Source: Myxococcota bacterium (GTDB lineage: Bacteria > Myxococcota_A > UBA796 > CAJQPC01). Taken from it: a stretch of 18,696 bases of DNA. The notes under the pieces were generated by a model that saw nothing but the letters and a program-made list of their open reading frames with translations, searched no databases and was not told where the DNA came from. The stretch spans positions 1 to 18,696 of the forward strand of contig DASCPX010000123.1 in assembly GCA_036012755.1 (NCBI GenBank). Reading direction: 5' to 3'. A program made the translations under genes and the position numbers. Shown piece after piece: positions 1-7,831 of this stretch (position 1 is its first letter; each line of letters starts with the position of its first letter).

Positions 1-308
1 CCATTGAAGCATCTGCCAGTTGGACGAGCACGAGGTCTGCGAGGACCCCCTCCCGGCCCCCACAGGCTGGGCCCCATTGAAGCTACCGTGGCGGCAGGCT
101 GGCGTATCATCGTGGTTCCGCCCCCTCCCGGCCCCCACAGGCTGGGCCCCATTGAAGCCCGGCGTGCGGACCCTTGCAGACGCGCAGGCGCCAGCCCCCT
201 CCCGGCCCCCACAGGCTGGGCCCCATTGAAGCGGCGATGTCGGCCAGGGCCGACAGGCAGCCACCGGGGTCCCCCTCCCGGCCCCCACAGGCTGGGCCCC
301 ATTGAAGC
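1..308 (+). CRISPR. CRISPR array, trailer end (continues off the left edge); type I-G (I-U)-like repeat
   Basis: Identical 38-nt repeat CCCCCTCCCGGCCCCCACAGGCTGGGCCCCATTGAAGC at 46-83, 121-158, 195-232 and 271-308, plus its last 10 nt at 1-10. Unique spacers at 11-45 (35 nt), 84-120 (37), 159-194 (36) and 233-270 (38). Internal hairpin CCCGGCC/GGCTGGG (7 bp with one G-U, loop CCCACA). The 3' ATTGAAGC gives + orientation and resembles type I-G repeats; subtype is inferred. Confidence 0.97.
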
Positions 309-358
309 GGCGATCACAGCGACTACAGGAAGTGGCCGACCCTTCCCGGGCTGAGCTC
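309..358 (+). repeat. Probable last spacer (309-338) and decayed terminal CRISPR repeat (339-358)
   Basis: 339-349 ACCCTTCCCGG matches repeat positions 1-11 at 9/11. 350-358 GCTGAGCTC matches repeat positions 21-29 at 7/9, implying loss of positions 12-20. Confidence 0.55.
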
Positions 359-1816
359 TCACTCCGGGTCGTTGCCGTAGATCACCCAAGGCGCGCCTGA
401 GATCGTGACGTAGAGCCGGTGCTCGAAGCCGTCTGCTCCTGGGACGAAGTCGCGGGCCTCGACGTGGCCGAACTCGTAGCCAGCGGCCAGGCTTCCGCCC
501 TCGGGGCGAAGGAGCACCCCGGAGATGCCGATCCGACGGGTGATCTCTCGTGACTCCAGCGCGATCACGGTGTCGCCGACGACCTCGACGACGCCGACGC
601 GTTCGCTGGTCTCGGCCTGGAGCTGCACGCCATAGGGCTCTGGCAGCCAACGCACCCGAGCCCACCAGGTCTCCGTGTCCCCTCCGGCCGGGTGGCCGAG
701 GAAGCGGCCCTCCTGGGTGAAGCCCTCGTGGTAGACGCGGTGGGCGGTGTACCAGCGGAAGGTGTCGTCCTGCAGGCGGGCCCACTCCACTCCCAGCAGC
801 CAGGCGCCGCTGGAGAGCTCGGCCCCGGCGAGGTTGGCGATGCCGGCCAGCGATGGGGTCGGGATCGGTCCGATCGAGCGCATGATCATGTCGTCGCCCC
901 CGTACTGCGTGTAGAGCTCCAGGTAGTCCAGGGGTTGGGGCAGCGGCACGAGCACCCGGAGGTCGACGGCGGCGATCTCGTCCTGGTCGGGCAGCTCGCG
1001 ATCCGGGTCGTCGACGACGTGGGGATCGAGGGGGAGGAAGAGCTGCCCCACGCTCGGGAGGGGGCGGCCTTGCCCTCCGAAGAGGCTCACCCTGGAGGCG
1101 CCGATCTCCAGCCAGGGCAGCGGCGCCCAGCGCAGGTCCATCCACAACAGCCCGGGGTCCTCCACGTCGGCGCGCGGGCGCTGGAGCCAGCCGACTCCGG
1201 TCTCGACGCGGAGCACTCCGATGCGCTCGAAGCGGTGCTGGAGCGTGCCGGCTCCGGCCGGGAAGTTCCAGGCGTCGTCCCACAGCATCAGCCCGCCGTG
1301 ACGAGCCGGCCCGAGCTTCCGTGGCTCCTGGGCGAAGACGAGCCGGCTCTGGCCGCGACGGAGGCCGACGCTGTAGCGGGGGACGACCACGTCGACCGGG
1401 GGGGAGGCCCCGACGTCCCCGCGGGCCACTGCGCGCACGCTGGCCTCGAACCAGCCCGTGTGGGCCTGGACCTCCGCGAGGCCTCGAGCCGAGACCAGGC
1501 CCTCCTCGCCGTCGCCCTCCAGGCCCCAGGTCTGGCCGTCGCCGACGCTCGCAAGTCCACCGCCGCGCATGACGACGAGGACATCGAGGGGTGCGCGTGG
1601 TCGCTCGGCGAGGATCCACTCGGGGGCATAGGCGACCCCGAGCCAGGGCGAGCTGGGTTGGCCAAGGGCCTGGGCATACCAGAGCGAGCTGCGGTCGCTG
1701 CCGCCGAGGGTGTGGGCCTGCCCGTCGCGCCGGAGATCCTGTTCGCCGAGGGCTTCGGCCGCGTCGAAGGCCAGCGCGCTTCCGAGCAACACCGACGGCA
1801 AGGACAGGGCCAGCAC
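359..1816 (-). CDS. wzi: Capsule assembly Wzi-family outer-membrane protein (485 aa)
   Basis: C-terminal part of track ORF 359..2428. GTG at 1816 gives signal-like MLALSLPSVLLGSALA. Wzi-like motifs LGPARHGGLMLWDDA, PWLEIGASRVSLFGGQGRP, EIAAVDLR, ELYTQYGGDD and YHEGFTQEGRFLGHPAGGD. The longer N-terminus is antisense to the next gene. Confidence 0.82.
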   Translation of the reverse strand: MLALSLPSVLLGSALAFDAAEALGEQDLRRDGQAHTLGGSDRSSLWYAQALGQPSSPWLGVAYAPEWILAERPRAPLDVLVVMRGGGLASVGDGQTWGLEGDGEEGLVSARGLAEVQAHTGWFEASVRAVARGDVGASPPVDVVVPRYSVGLRRGQSRLVFAQEPRKLGPARHGGLMLWDDAWNFPAGAGTLQHRFERIGVLRVETGVGWLQRPRADVEDPGLLWMDLRWAPLPWLEIGASRVSLFGGQGRPLPSVGQLFLPLDPHVVDDPDRELPDQDEIAAVDLRVLVPLPQPLDYLELYTQYGGDDMIMRSIGPIPTPSLAGIANLAGAELSSGAWLLGVEWARLQDDTFRWYTAHRVYHEGFTQEGRFLGHPAGGDTETWWARVRWLPEPYGVQLQAETSERVGVVEVVGDTVIALESREITRRIGISGVLLRPEGGSLAAGYEFGHVEARDFVPGADGFEHRLYVTISGAPWVIYGNDPE

Positions 1817-1822
1817 GGGCGG

Positions 1823-1831
1823 AAGGTAGCA
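1823..1831 (-). promoter_or_regulatory. Putative extended -10 element (TG-C-TACCTT), leaderless wzi transcript
   Basis: Minus strand reads GGTGCTACCTT-CCGCCC-GTG, so the hexamer ends 6 nt before the start codon; no Shine-Dalgarno. Confidence 0.45.
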
Positions 1832-1853
1832 CCAGCCCGCAGGCTGCGGCATC

Positions 1854-2942
1854 GTGGGGCTCGTGCTCTTGCTCCTGTCCACCCTCGCCCGCGCCGGACC
1901 ATGCGAGACGGATGAGTGGTGGCAGTCCCCGGTCAGCACGGAGCTCGCCCCGGTCCGGCACCAGCACTTCCTGCGCCACCGGGAGCTGATGACCGAGGCC
2001 AGCTCCGGGCGCGGGGCGAGCCCGGTCTTCCGAGCGTCCTGGAGCCGCATGGACGCCGAGCTGGCGATGCAGTCCCGCGGCTTCGACCCCGTCTCGCTCA
2101 CGGATGTGGAGCGGAGTCGGTACAAGGACCTGTCCCTCGTCGCTGGCACCATGGCGGCGGAGCGCTTCGCCAACGAGCGGATCGACGAGTCCGATGTCCT
2201 CTCCGGCGTGCGGGTGGGGGTGCGCACGGTCATCGGGCCCAACGTGGTGCTGACGCGCCAGGAGGAGGGGGTGAAGCTCTCGACCAACGACACCCCCATG
2301 CATCGATACCCACGGCACAGCCGCGCCCGTCTCCAGGAGCCGGAGTGGGTAGGGCGGCCTGCTTCGCTCCGGTTCGGCGCTGGCTCCAGCTTCGTGGACG
2401 CCGACGAGGAGGACCTGGAGACCGACATCGGGGTCGCCTGGCGCGCCTATGTGCTCGGCTACCGCTGGGGCGTCGACGCCTTCCGGATCGCCGTAGACGT
2501 CGTCGAGCTCTACCCATCCCATCGCGACGCCTTCGGCTGGAGCGGAGCGTGGAGTTTCCTGGTTCGCGAGCGGCTGGTCGACCAGCTGGCGGCGACGGGA
2601 GAGCTCAGCTCTGCGGCGGGGAGCTGGGCGCCCTCGGAGGCGAGCACAGGCCTCAACTACCAGCTCTTTCCCAATGACAGGCGCTGGCTCCTGCGCTCGA
2701 CATACACCTACACGCTCCCCACCCTCGAGGTCGCCGCGGAGCACAGCGCCGAGCTTCGCCTCGTCTACAACGGGGGCTGGTCGACGCCGACCGCGCCGGA
2801 CCGCTGGCCCAGGGGGCAGCCCACCGACGCTGCGCCCACCTGGTACGCGGACATTCCCGAGCGCGGTCCGGCGCCGCCGCGGCTCATCGCTTCTTGCCCG
2901 GGGAGCGAGGACCCGAGACCAGAGCGCGTAGCCGACCACTGA
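1854..2942 (+). CDS. Hypothetical exported protein (362 aa), possibly with an outer-membrane beta-strand domain
   Basis: Hydrophobic N-terminus MGLVLLLLSTLARA with an AxA cleavage site, GC3-rich codons, alternating aromatic/hydrophobic strands (AWRAYVLGYRW, GLNYQLF, LRSTYTYTL, ELRLVYNG) and a Pro-rich tail. No family recognised. Confidence 0.72.
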   Translation: MGLVLLLLSTLARAGPCETDEWWQSPVSTELAPVRHQHFLRHRELMTEASSGRGASPVFRASWSRMDAELAMQSRGFDPVSLTDVERSRYKDLSLVAGTMAAERFANERIDESDVLSGVRVGVRTVIGPNVVLTRQEEGVKLSTNDTPMHRYPRHSRARLQEPEWVGRPASLRFGAGSSFVDADEEDLETDIGVAWRAYVLGYRWGVDAFRIAVDVVELYPSHRDAFGWSGAWSFLVRERLVDQLAATGELSSAAGSWAPSEASTGLNYQLFPNDRRWLLRSTYTYTLPTLEVAAEHSAELRLVYNGGWSTPTAPDRWPRGQPTDAAPTWYADIPERGPAPPRLIASCPGSEDPRPERVADH

Positions 2943-3402
2943 GGTCGGGGGCAGCCGCGAGCGCCACGGCGAGCCCCGCACACAGCACCGCCACCGGTGG
3001 CTGCACCTGGAACCAGCTCGCCGGCGCGAGCGCCCAGCCCCCGTGGGCGATGACGGCCGCCGCCAGGCCGCATCGACGGGCCAACAGACCCAGGGTCAGG
3101 GCCGCGACGGCTCCACTCAGGGGGTCCAGGGGCGAGATGAGCAGGACATAGGCCCACATGCCGATGCGTCTCTGGAGCACGCCCCTGAGCCAGCCCGAGG
3201 GCCTGGGCCTCGACCAGCCGCCCTGACCTCGCATGTGCTCGATCAGCGCCAGGCAGGCCAACAGGGCGCCCCCGACAGCAAGGCCGGCGCCCGGGTCCAG
3301 GCCTTCGGTGAAGGAGGGGTTGTCAGCGCCGGTCCACAGGATCGGCCCGAGCACTGGCACGGCCCACACGACAGCCGCAGCGAGCAGCAGCCCGACCAGG
3401 CC
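2884..3402 (-). pseudogene. C-terminal membrane fragment resembling the CPBP/Abi (CAAX protease-like) end of a NatB-type permease; no clear start
   Basis: A hydrophobic frame begins abruptly at ~3402 (GLVGLLLAAAVVWAVPVLG). It contains WLRGVLQRR and LGLLARRCGLAAAVIAH, similar to the CPBP FRG and HxxxN regions, but the EE motif is absent. It overlaps the convergent upstream gene by 59 nt. Confidence 0.5.
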
Positions 3403-3986
3403 TCGCCGAGGATGTGACTCGACAAGAGCACCGCGCGCCCATCGCCAGCGAGCTCGCGGAGGATGTCGAGCACCTGGCGGCGGCCACCGACGTCGAGCCC
3501 GTCGGTAGGTTCGTCCAAGAGCAGCACGGAGGGGGAGTGGACCAGGGCCCGGGCGAGGACGACCCGACGCTTCATGCCAGTGGACAGGCTGCCGCACTCG
3601 GTGTCCGCGTAGTCCCCAGCGCCGAGCTGCTCCAGCAGGGGATCGACCGCGGAGACTGGCGCCCCCTGGATCCGCGCGAAGAGTCGGACGGCCTCTCGCG
3701 GGCTCAGGCGTGGCGGCAGGCCCGCCTCTGCGGGCACATAGGCGAGGCGGGCGCGGGCGGCGACGGGGTCACACGTTGCGTCGACGCCGTCGATGGTGAT
3801 GCTCCCGGCGTCGGGCCGCAAGAGCGTCGCCAGCATGCGCAGTGTGGTCGTCTTGCCGGCACCGTTGGGACCGAGCAAGGCGAAGACCTCGCCCGAGTCG
3901 ACCTGGAGCGAGACTCCGTCGACCGCGCGGACCTCGCCGCGGACGGGATCCCGGAAGCTCCGGCGCAGCTCTGTGGCGCCCAGCAC
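3243..3986 (-). pseudogene. ABC transporter ATP-binding protein, NatA-like, truncated after the H-loop (homology ends ~3400)
   Basis: Walker A GPNGAGKTT, signature LSTGM, Walker B/D-loop LLLDEPTDGLD and H-loop SSH are present. After SSHILGEA the frame turns Cys-rich and non-homologous instead of the usual (E/R)LCDRV..G strands. Confidence 0.75.
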
Positions 3987-3993
3987 GGCCTCG

Positions 3994-4003
3994 ATGCTAC
4001 CGG
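3994..4003. promoter_or_regulatory. Putative bidirectional -10 region between divergent starts 24 bp apart
   Basis: Minus TAGCAT (3999-3994) lies 7 nt before GTG 3986. Plus TG-C-TACCGG (hexamer 3998-4003) lies 7 nt before ATG 4011. They share the TA at 3998-3999. Confidence 0.45.
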
Positions 4004-4010
4004 GTCGCTC

Positions 4011-5804
4011 ATGTGGTGGTTGTTGTCCTGCTTGTCGGAGCCTGCGACGGAACCCCCGCCGGAGCCCGAGCCGGGCCTGGTGGTGGTGCTCGGCTTCGAC
4101 GGCGTGGACCCGGACCTCGTCATGCGCTGGAGGAGCGAGCTACCAAACCTCGCAGCGCACATCGACGCCGGCCACTTCCACCGACTCGGCACGACGACCC
4201 CTCCACAGTCGCCGGTCGCGTGGAGCAGCTTCGCGACCGGACTGCCACCCGGCCAGCACGGCATCCTCGACTTCGTGAAGCGGGAGGGGCTCTCTCCCGA
4301 GGTGGCGACCAACCGCTACCACCCCGCGCGGATGGAGGCAGACGGCCTCGTCGGAGCCCGGGGCACCTCGCCGCGCGCGGGGACTCCCTTCTGGAAGACC
4401 GCCTCGGACGCGGGCGTGCCCGTGACGGCGCTCTGGGTGCCCTATTCCTTTCCTCCCGACGATCTCGGCGCTGACGGGCGCATGGTGTCGGGGCTGGGGA
4501 CTCCGGATCTCGAGCTGACGAACTCCACGAGCTTCCTGCTCACTTCCAAGCGGGCGGACGAGCGCGTGGCGGGCTCGAGCCTGGTGCCGCTGCAGCGAGA
4601 GGGCGACGACTACGCCGCGAGGATCAACGGGCCCACCGTCGTCGGGCTCGGGACCCCCTGGATTCGCGTCGGCGCGACGGTGGAGCGCCAGACACGCAGC
4701 GTCCGCCTCGTCGTCGGCCAGCAGGAGCTCGTGGTCGCGGAGGGCAGCTGGTCGAGCTGGCTGCACCTGGAGTTCCCGCTCTCTGAGCAGACCTCGGCCC
4801 ACGCCCTGGTCCGCATCCACGTCGTAGAGGCCTTCAACGACCTGGAGCTCTATGTCACGCCGCTGATGATCGACCCGACAGAGCCCTGGCTGCGCTTCAC
4901 CACCCCAGATGACTACGGCAGCGAGCTGATGGCGCGCTGGGGGCCCTTCGAGACCGTCGGCTGGGTCCACGACACCTCGGCGCTCCAGGCTGGCCTCATC
5001 GAGGAGGCGCTGTTCCTCGACAACGTCGAGCAGACCTTCCAGCGTCGCGCGCGAGTCGCCCTGGGCGAGCTGGAGCGGCAGGACGAGGGCCTCTTCGTCG
5101 CGGTCTTCACCGCCACCGATCGCGTCTCCCACATGACCTGGGGCGAGGACCTCCGGCACGTCGAGGCGAGCTACCGGTGGATGGACGAGCTCCTGGGCGA
5201 GGTCGAGGCCAGGCTCGACGCCGACGATGTGCTGGTGGTGCTCTCCGACCACGGCTTCCACGCCTACACCCACCAGCTGCACGTCAACGCCCTCCTCCGC
5301 GAGGGTGGACACCTGGTGCTGAAGGAAGGCGGCAGCGGCTCCTTGCTGGGTGGCGACATCGACTGGGAGCGCACGAAGGCCTGGTCGATGGGCACGGGGC
5401 AGGTCTTCCTCGTCGACGAGAACCCAGCGCTCGCCTCGCAGATCGCCGAAGAGCTGCGCTCCTACGAGGTCGACGGCCAGCGCCCGCTGCGGGAGGTGCT
5501 GGTGGACCCCTGGCCGGAGGGGCCGGAGCTCCGCCTGGTCTTCGAGCCGGGCTGGCAGGCATCGCGGGCCACCACGCTCGGGGGTGTCCCCCCGGCTACC
5601 TGGGAGCCCAACACCCGGCCCTGGTCCGGCGACCACGCCGGGTCTCCTGCCGAGGAGACCGAAGGAATGCTGCTCATGGAGGGGGTGGTGCAGGCGCCGC
5701 TGCACATCCTCGATGTCCCTCCTACGCTGCTTTTCATGCTGGGCGTCGAAGTCCCGACTGACTACACGGGCACGGTCGTGACGAGGAGTGCAGGAGCACC
5801 ATGA
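4011..5804 (+). CDS. Alkaline phosphatase superfamily (type I phosphodiesterase/nucleotide pyrophosphatase-like) putative lipoprotein (597 aa)
   Basis: Motifs VVVLGFDG, PPQSPVAWSSFATGxxPGQHGILDF, TDRVSH, LSDHGF and WSGDH. ATG 4011 gives MWWLLSC. The longer track ORF N-terminus is antisense to the ABC ATPase. Confidence 0.9.
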   Translation: MWWLLSCLSEPATEPPPEPEPGLVVVLGFDGVDPDLVMRWRSELPNLAAHIDAGHFHRLGTTTPPQSPVAWSSFATGLPPGQHGILDFVKREGLSPEVATNRYHPARMEADGLVGARGTSPRAGTPFWKTASDAGVPVTALWVPYSFPPDDLGADGRMVSGLGTPDLELTNSTSFLLTSKRADERVAGSSLVPLQREGDDYAARINGPTVVGLGTPWIRVGATVERQTRSVRLVVGQQELVVAEGSWSSWLHLEFPLSEQTSAHALVRIHVVEAFNDLELYVTPLMIDPTEPWLRFTTPDDYGSELMARWGPFETVGWVHDTSALQAGLIEEALFLDNVEQTFQRRARVALGELERQDEGLFVAVFTATDRVSHMTWGEDLRHVEASYRWMDELLGEVEARLDADDVLVVLSDHGFHAYTHQLHVNALLREGGHLVLKEGGSGSLLGGDIDWERTKAWSMGTGQVFLVDENPALASQIAEELRSYEVDGQRPLREVLVDPWPEGPELRLVFEPGWQASRATTLGGVPPATWEPNTRPWSGDHAGSPAEETEGMLLMEGVVQAPLHILDVPPTLLFMLGVEVPTDYTGTVVTRSAGAP

Positions 5805-7750
5805 CGCGGAAGTTGTTGTTGGGGGTCGAAGCGGGTCTGCTCGGAGGCGCCCTCGTCGGGCTCATCGAAGCGGCCTTCCTCTTGTCATCTGCAGGGTCGA
5901 TCAGCGACTACGTCGCGTTGGTCTATGCGACGGTCCTCTACGGCTGCATCGGCCTCGGCCAGGGCCTGGCGCTGGGGGTCGGCCTGGTCGTGCTGTCGAA
6001 GCTGTGGAAGGGCATGTCCGACCCCTTCGCCTGGGCGCTGGCCCACTGCGCGGCCTTCTGCTCGCTGGGCTTCGTCATCACGCTCTTCTTCGCCAACAAG
6101 GTCGTCTACGCAGAGGCGGGCGTCCCCCTGACGGGCAAGCTCACCATCGCCGGGCTCTTCGGCGCCGACTTTCTCATCGGTCTCTGGCTCATCCCGATCC
6201 TGCTGCGCAAGACCCCGCTGAAGATCCTCATGGAGCCGCGCGGGACAGGCGCTGCCTATGCCTTCCTCGTCCTCTTCGGCGGCGTCTTCGCCATGGCGCC
6301 CGGCTCCTCGTCAGATGGCGAGCCGGAGCGTGTGCGACGAGACCAGGCTGCGCTGGCAGAGGCGCCGAACGTCCTCCTCATCATCGTCGACACCCTGCGC
6401 GCCGACTACATCGGCCCCTACGACAGCGCCCGCAACACCCCGACCATCGACGCCCTCGCCGCGGACGGCATCGTCTTCGAGCAGGCCCACGCAAACGCCT
6501 CGTGGACCCGCGCCAGCTTCGCGAGCATCTACACCTCGCTGGTCCCGCCCTCCCACACGGCCTCGCTGAAGTCCTCGCGCCTGCCTGGCGACGTCGTGAC
6601 GTTGGCCGAGGCGCTGCAGGAGCAGGGCTACGCCACCGGCGGCTTCCCGAACAACACCAACGTCACGGCCACCTTCGGCTTCTCCCAGGGCTTCGACCAC
6701 TACCCCTACCTGGCGCCGAACCTGCCCTTCGGAGCGACCGAGTCGGTCTACCAGCTCTCCATGTACAGCGTGCTCCGCAAGATCGGCGAGCGCTTCAGCG
6801 GCGAGACCAAGGCGGTGGACGACTTCTACCAGCCGGCAGACGTCGCTGTCGCGAAGGTCCAGGGCTTCGTGAAGGCCCAGAGGGACGACCGCTGGTTCAC
6901 GGTCATTCACCTCATGGAGCCGCACGACCCCTACTTCGAGCGTCCCTACAACGGGGTGGCCTACGGTCGGGCCGAGCACGAGGTGCCAGAGGCCGACAAG
7001 GTCGAGTACCTCATGGACACCTACACCATCGAGATCGAGCACATGGACCGGGACCTCGGCCAGCTCATCGAGTGGCTGAAGACCACAGGTGCCTATGACG
7101 ACACCCTCATCGTGCTCACCGCCGATCACGGCGAGGAGTTCCTCGAGCACGGCGGCTGGTGGCACGGGACGACGCTGTTCCAGGAGCAGATCCACGTTCC
7201 GCTCATCGTGAAGCTGCCGGACTCTGCCCACGCCGGCACGCGCACCCCATGGGTCGTGCGCCACATCGACATCGCGCCGAGCATCCTCGATGCCTCTGGC
7301 GGCGACGTCCCGGAGTCCTGGCAGGGAGAGTCGCTCTTCGACGCCGGCTTCGAGACCTTCGTCGCCCCGGAGCCGGAGCCGGAGCTCGACGAAGAGGGCA
7401 ACCCACTGCCCGTCGAAGCCCGGCCGGACCCGCGCTCCAACGACCGCGTCGTCTTCGCGGAAGAGGACTTCGAGGGCAACCAGGTCATGGCCCTGCGTCG
7501 AGGCGACTGGAAGCTCATCCGCGCCAACGACGGAAACCCCCGCGGGCTCGACGTCTGCTCGGTCTACGACCTCCAGTTCGACCCGGGCGAGAACAACGAC
7601 GACGGGTGCGACAGTCGCGACGCCAAGGAGCTCGACACGGAAGCCGAGAACCAGATCAGGCTCGCGATGACCGGGGCGGTCCAAGCCGAAGAGGGCGAGA
7701 TGGACGAGGCCACGCGGGCTCGCCTGGAGGCCCTCGGGTACATGGAGTGA
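5801..7750 (+). CDS. Membrane-anchored sulfatase-like hydrolase/transferase (649 aa)
   Basis: About 5 N-terminal TM segments, then PNVLLIIVDTLRAD, SWTRAS (Thr at the nucleophile position), HLMEPHDPY, TADHGEEF, HVPLIVK and C-terminal RLEALGY. ATGA overlap with the previous stop; AGGAG SD upstream. Confidence 0.9.
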   Translation: MTRKLLLGVEAGLLGGALVGLIEAAFLLSSAGSISDYVALVYATVLYGCIGLGQGLALGVGLVVLSKLWKGMSDPFAWALAHCAAFCSLGFVITLFFANKVVYAEAGVPLTGKLTIAGLFGADFLIGLWLIPILLRKTPLKILMEPRGTGAAYAFLVLFGGVFAMAPGSSSDGEPERVRRDQAALAEAPNVLLIIVDTLRADYIGPYDSARNTPTIDALAADGIVFEQAHANASWTRASFASIYTSLVPPSHTASLKSSRLPGDVVTLAEALQEQGYATGGFPNNTNVTATFGFSQGFDHYPYLAPNLPFGATESVYQLSMYSVLRKIGERFSGETKAVDDFYQPADVAVAKVQGFVKAQRDDRWFTVIHLMEPHDPYFERPYNGVAYGRAEHEVPEADKVEYLMDTYTIEIEHMDRDLGQLIEWLKTTGAYDDTLIVLTADHGEEFLEHGGWWHGTTLFQEQIHVPLIVKLPDSAHAGTRTPWVVRHIDIAPSILDASGGDVPESWQGESLFDAGFETFVAPEPEPELDEEGNPLPVEARPDPRSNDRVVFAEEDFEGNQVMALRRGDWKLIRANDGNPRGLDVCSVYDLQFDPGENNDDGCDSRDAKELDTEAENQIRLAMTGAVQAEEGEMDEATRARLEALGYME

Positions 7751-7786
7751 CATTCACTTACCGGTGCTCCAGGCCCAAAATAGGAA

Positions 7787-7792
7787 TAGAAT
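7787..7792 (+). promoter_or_regulatory. Putative -10 box TAGAAT
   Basis: 5/6 match to TATAAT inside an AT-rich patch (AAAATAGGAATAGAAT) upstream of the uppS-like gene; no clear -35. Confidence 0.45.
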
Positions 7793-7793
7793 C

Positions 7794-7831
7794 GCCTCTC
7801 CGCCCTGAAAGGGCCGAGGGAGGCCACTTTT
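7794..7831 (+). promoter_or_regulatory. Stem-loop covering the SD of the uppS-like gene (terminator or translational control)
   Basis: GCCTCTC (7794-7800) pairs with GGGAGGC (7818-7824), with an inner GCCCT-GAA-AGGGC (7802-7814). It is followed by CACTTTT, which runs into the TTG start. Confidence 0.45.

Noticed and set aside
4..354. ORFs 4..354 and 20..229 with repeating peptides
   Set aside because: They are translations of the CRISPR repeats and spacers, not proteins.
1817..2428. Long N-terminal extension of wzi in the ORF track (likewise 3414-4010, 8996-9616, 11453-11752, 14322-14471, 15474-15815, 17129-17470)
   Set aside because: These overlap better-supported genes and have shadow-frame composition; family motifs begin only at the downstream starts chosen.
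3390..3415. Programmed frameshift making an ATPase-membrane fusion
   Set aside because: No slippery heptamer at the junction, and the fusion would still lack the final ATPase strands; a deletion is simpler.
7746..7758. Palindrome AGTGA-CAT-TCACT as a CRP-type site
   Set aside because: The spacer is 3 nt rather than 6, it overlaps a stop codon, and the nearby cNMP proteins lack DNA-binding domains.
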